From Macrostomum lignano (lineage: Eukaryota): 64,000 nt of DNA. The translations under genes were made by a program, and so were the position numbers. Shown here piece by piece: positions 59,801 through 64,000 of this stretch. A model generated the notes under the pieces. That model did not search any database. It was not told the DNA's origin and saw only the letters and a program-made list of their open reading frames with translations. The first letter of the stretch is position 1. The number at the start of each line of letters is the position of its first letter. Location of the stretch: NCBI GenBank assembly GCA_002269645.1, contig NIVC01003693.1, positions 1 through 64,000 on the forward strand, in the 5' to 3' direction.

Positions 59801-62800
59801 ACAATAAGCTACATTAAGCGCCTCACAATAAGCTACACTAAGCGCCTCATAAGCTACACTAAGCGCCTCATAAGCTACACTAAGCGCCTCATAAGCTACA
59901 GTAAGCGCTCAAAAGCTACACTAAGAGCCTCATAAGCTACACTAAGAGCCTCATAAGCTACACTAAGAGCCTCATAAGCTACACTAAGCGCTCATAAGCT
60001 ACACTAAGAGCCTCATAAGCTACACTAAGAGCCTCATAAGCTACACTAAGAGCTTCATAAGCTACACTAAGCGCTCATAAGCTACACTAAGAGCCTCATA
60101 AGCTACACTAAGAGCCTCATAAGCTACACTAAGCGCCTCATAAGCTACACTAAGAGCCTCATAAGCTACACTAAGCGCTCATAAGCTACACTAAGAGCCT
60201 CATAAGCTACACTAAGAGCCTCATAAGCTACACTAAGAGCTTCATAAGCTATACTAAGCGCTCATAAGCTACACTAAGAGCCTCATAAGCTACACTAAGA
60301 GCCTCATAAGCTACACTAAGAGCCTCATAAGCTACACTAAGAGCCTCATAAGCTACACTAAGCGCCTCATAAGCTACACTAAGAGCCTCATAAGCTACAC
60401 TAAGCGCTCATAAGCTACACTAAGAGCTTCATAAGCTATACTAAGCGCTCATAAGCTACACTAAGAGCCTCATAAGCTACACTAAGAGCCTCATAAGCTA
60501 CACTAAGAGCCTCATAAGCTACACTAAGCGCCTCATAAGCTACACTAAGCGCTCATAAGCTACACTAAGAGCCTCATAAGCTACACTCGTTCCTCTCACC
60601 TGAACAAGCAGCCGCACCAGACACCGAGCGTCATCAGGCGAACCCAGCCGGTCCAGCCGGAGCAGCCGGGCCACCTGGCGGTCGCGGGCGGAGGAGTCCC
60701 TCGCCTGCACGCGGTCCTGCAGCTGCTGACTGCGGCTGCCCATCACGCCTGTGCAGTTCGGACTGTTGCAGTAGCACTTCTGCAGCTCTCGGCCGTACTG
60801 CACGAAGCCGTAGTCAACGGTGACCTCCTCGCCTGCGGGAATGTCGCGCAGTGCGAAGAAGCCAACCCGCTGCTGCCGGCCAACTGTCCACTTCTGGATG
60901 TCGGAGTTCGGCAAGCAGCTGTGATTGGCGAATCGGGCCCAGTTGCCCTTGGCGCCGGCGTCAACGATAACGTCTGACTCCAGCGACATGAAGTAGTGAT
61001 GCGGGCAGCCGCTCTTCTCGTAGGCTATGATGCGCCGCTTGAACTGGGCGAAGTCGATCACCTCGCCGACGTATTCGATGAGAAAGGCGCCGGCCGGGAC
61101 GTCGGCGGTGGTTTTGAGGCCCCAGCCTTTGGCCGGGCCGGCGTAGAACGGAGTGAGCGGAGCGTAGCGCCTGTTGGCGAACTGATTGTTGGTGCAGTAG
61201 GCGCCGCAGTTGCACCGGTCCGTGCATTCGATCTGCAGCAGCCGGTTCATGCACTCGTCTGTGCAGGCTTTGTAGTCTTTGTTCAGCTGCCCTTCCTCGC
61301 TGGGCAGCGTGCAGTCGCACAGCCAGGCACGGAAGGCCAGTTTGGGCTGGCTGCGCAGGTACACGTTGGAGTCAATGTGCTCGTACTTTGGCGGCGGCGG
61401 CCCGCCCGGCTCGCAGCCGGGGAAGCTGGGAGCAACATCGTTCGAGACATCCGCTTTGGCAGTGGACGGCTGCGGCTCCTCCGGCTTCGGCGGACTGGAT
61501 TTGCCGCTATTTCTAACCGTCTCCGGCTTCTTGGACTCCTGACTGTCGACTGCAGGAGGCCCTGGAGTAGCGTCGGATGTCTGATCAGCCTCGGTGGACA
61601 CTGGTTGAAACTTCTCTAGAAAGTAGGCGAAAGTCGAGTGCGGCTTCAGGGCGCGGCCTAACGACGGCGCGACCTTCCCGTTGGTGGTGGCTTCCTGCTG
61701 AAGGTCGCCGCCGGGGCCAGCGCCGCATCCAGCTGACGAATTGCCGAACTGTTTGGCGAAGAATTCGCGATATCGCGACAACTGGCCGTTAATCTGCGGC
61801 GGCGCCTCGTCGGCGGTGGCGGCCGCTGCAGGCTTCGGCTTCTCGGCGTCTTCAGGCGGCGGAGGCGGCGGTGGCGGTGGAGGAGGGGGCGGCGGTACTG
61901 AAGTCTCATCGACTTGTCCATTAGCTGTAAATGCAGGGTCCAGCGGAGATGCGTACTGAGTAGGATCTTCTTGCACAGCCTGCGGTTGCGCGTACATGTA
62001 AGCTGCGGCGCTATAGCCGGGGAAGTAATTGGGATCCACTGCCGTCTGGTAGCCGTTCTGATAAACTGCAGGGTTTGCGGAATAAGCCGCCTGCTGCTGA
62101 TAAGCCTGCATAGGGTCGTAGGCGTACTGCTGACCATGGTAGTAGCCAAGGGGTGGCTGCTGCATATAATAGCTGTTGGCGGCCGGGTACAAGCCGACGT
62201 GCGAGGGAAATGCAACCGTCAAGCCATCGCTGACAGGCGGAGGCGGCGGACGCGAAGTCACTATTGGCTTCACATCTGCTGACGATGAAGAGGAACCGCC
62301 GTCAGAAGACGAGGAACCTGTTGAGGACAAAGACGATGAGCGGTCTCGCGACTTTCTGGCAGCTGATCTGGGCGGCGATCTGGCATGACGATTGCGCCAA
62401 TTGTTGCCGGACGATTCAGATTTCTGTCTCAGTCGAGAATACCTTGGCCTGGATCGCGACCTTGACCTTGAAGGCGATTGGGGTCGAGAGCGCCGTCTTG
62501 ACCTTGACCTTCTTCTGGACATCGACCGCCGCCTTGCTTGATGCCGTCGTCGGGATGTTGACTTGGATCGGCGCCTCTGCACCGGCGGCCGGAATCTGGG
62601 CCCCGAACGCGACCTTGACCTCAATCGCTGGTGTGATTTCGACAATGACCTTGACCTTCTTAATCGACGCGAAGATTCAGACTTTGACCTTGACCTATAC
62701 TGGCGCTTAGATTTGGACCTTGACCTCTCTCTTTGTCTATGCTTTGACTTAGATTCTGGCCGCGCTTGTTGTCTTGACTTCGACCCGTACCCCGACTTTA

Positions 62801-63401
62801 ACCGACTTGGAGAATCTGCCGGTTTGGCCATCGGCTTTGAAAAAGATCTTCGCTTGGAGGGCGACCTTGACCTAGATTTTGACTCAAGGGGTCGCGATTG
62901 CCGCTCGATTTTTGATGCCTTCGACGGATGCCTGTGCAGACTTTTTTGCGACTTCTCGATGCTTTTTTTATCCTCCTTATCTACCGTCTCTCGAGTTGCT
63001 GATGATTTTTTGTGACGATTTTTCTTTTTTGTCCTTTTATCTTTGTTAGAATCGACGCGGGGCTTAGAGCTGCCCCGCTCCGACGCTGTTGGCCTGTTGG
63101 CCTCATTGTCTGCTATTGCCTCTTTAGTGGCCCGGTGCCGCTTGCTGTGCGAGTCGATCTGGTGACGCAGGTCGCCTTTGTCCAGCTTTGATACGCTTTT
63201 GCGCTTCCGTTCGAGTTCAGACTTTGACAAACAGCTTTGCTTTGACTTTGAATCTGTCAGCTCGTCCACAACTTTGGGGGGACTTTGCGACAAAGACTGT
63301 TTTATGTCGAGGCTTTCGCAGCTCTTAGTTTTTGCTTTAGCAGGAAACTCCTGTGTCTCTGCTTCTGCTAAATTGTTGTTATCAGTTGCTGTGGTACTCA
63401 T
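56870..63401 (-). CDS. SETD2: histone H3K36 methyltransferase SETD2/Set2, join(60600..63401, 57717..58741, 56870..57074), ~1343 aa
   Basis: AWS (CDC..C..ECMNRLLQIEC..C.CGAYCTN), SET (GWGL, EYVGEVI, ARFANHSC.PN..QKWTV, DY), post-SET (CYCNSPNC). SETD2-like helical segment DTRMRLVRLVGNTDCSASLQALRRCHAVDVLSSYLREL and a diverged SRI-like C-terminus. All splice sites are GT-AG and frame-consistent. Confidence 0.9.
57205..57690. repeat. intronic ~25-28-bp minisatellite (GGGGAATTGCTGAGATGCCAAGGCTCATGG)n
   Basis: Read directly, SETD2 intron 2. Confidence 0.93.
58965..60585. repeat. intronic 21-25-bp minisatellite (AGCTACACTAAGCGCCTCATA)n
   Basis: Read directly, SETD2 intron 1. Confidence 0.95.
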
Positions 63402-64000
63402 TGTGCAGCGATGGAGTCATTGCAGAACAAAGGTTGGCAGGAAAACTGAACCCTTTGCTATCGCCTGGGTTAGAAAACCACCTTTGCTTTAGCGCGCCAC
63501 TACACTGCTGCTTGGCCAAAGTGCTGCTCTCTGAAAAGTTTAATTACCTACTTACTTGTTATCAAGAATACTAGTTAATAGAAAAAAATAGTGCATTATA
63601 TATAATGTGGAACAGAATATCAATCAAGGCGATAATAGAGTACTATTTCTTTATTTTGCTAACTCAATGTCAATTGGCCTAATGCAAATAGGCTAAGCCT
63701 AAATTGACTACCATTTCTATTCTTGTCCAATCCATTTACTAAATTCCAAACTAAAGTTAAAAACTTTTTCTCAAGAACCAATTCCTTCTTCAGTTTAAAA
63801 AATCGCTTTATTAAAGTAAAATTGTCACAGACAAATATGTTTGCTATGAATCTTTTTTCAAAAAGATTTTGAAAAAAATAAAAAAAAATACAAAAACACT
63901 GCGCATTACTAGTAGTAGAAATGAGAGAATTGTGTGAAGAAATCTGAAGTCAGTAAAAATCCTAGCAACGCTTAGCAACGGTGCGCTGCTCTGAGCCAAT

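Overview
Eukaryotic (invertebrate animal) genomic DNA: GC-rich coding exons, GT-AG introns filled with minisatellites, and dense nested transposons. The style resembles the flatworm Macrostomum lignano, but that is an inference and I cannot verify it. Host genes: centrin-3 (6421-8415, +) with a decayed partial duplicate at ~27.5-28.9 kb; two C-type-lectin/PAN genes (one with a very recent Ty3/gypsy insertion in its last codons); a secreted protein of unknown family (40.2-41.3 kb); a BTB protein with a C-terminal 4xCxxC cluster; and a three-exon SETD2/Set2 histone H3K36 methyltransferase (56870-63401, -). The most notable host feature is two multi-exon genes for secreted pacifastin-like protease-inhibitor precursors. 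The ORF track shows them as six separate ORFs, but they join through phase-2 splice sites into an 8-domain gene (9568-13710) and a 4-domain gene (42923-44578). Most of their domains have lost the canonical C3-C5 disulfide, gained a flanking Cys pair, and vary at the predicted P1 residue. Mobile DNA: three Ty3/gypsy elements, a solo-LTR-like element with a duplicated tRNA-Leu PBS, a deleted Tc1, a Harbinger-group element, a P-element-like transposase split by two nested I-group LINEs inserted at CAG repeats, a third such LINE at a CAA repeat, a LOA/R1-group LINE with a candidate HDV-like ribozyme, and a tRNA-derived SINE. Many frameshifts are single-base indels in homopolymers and may be assembly errors.
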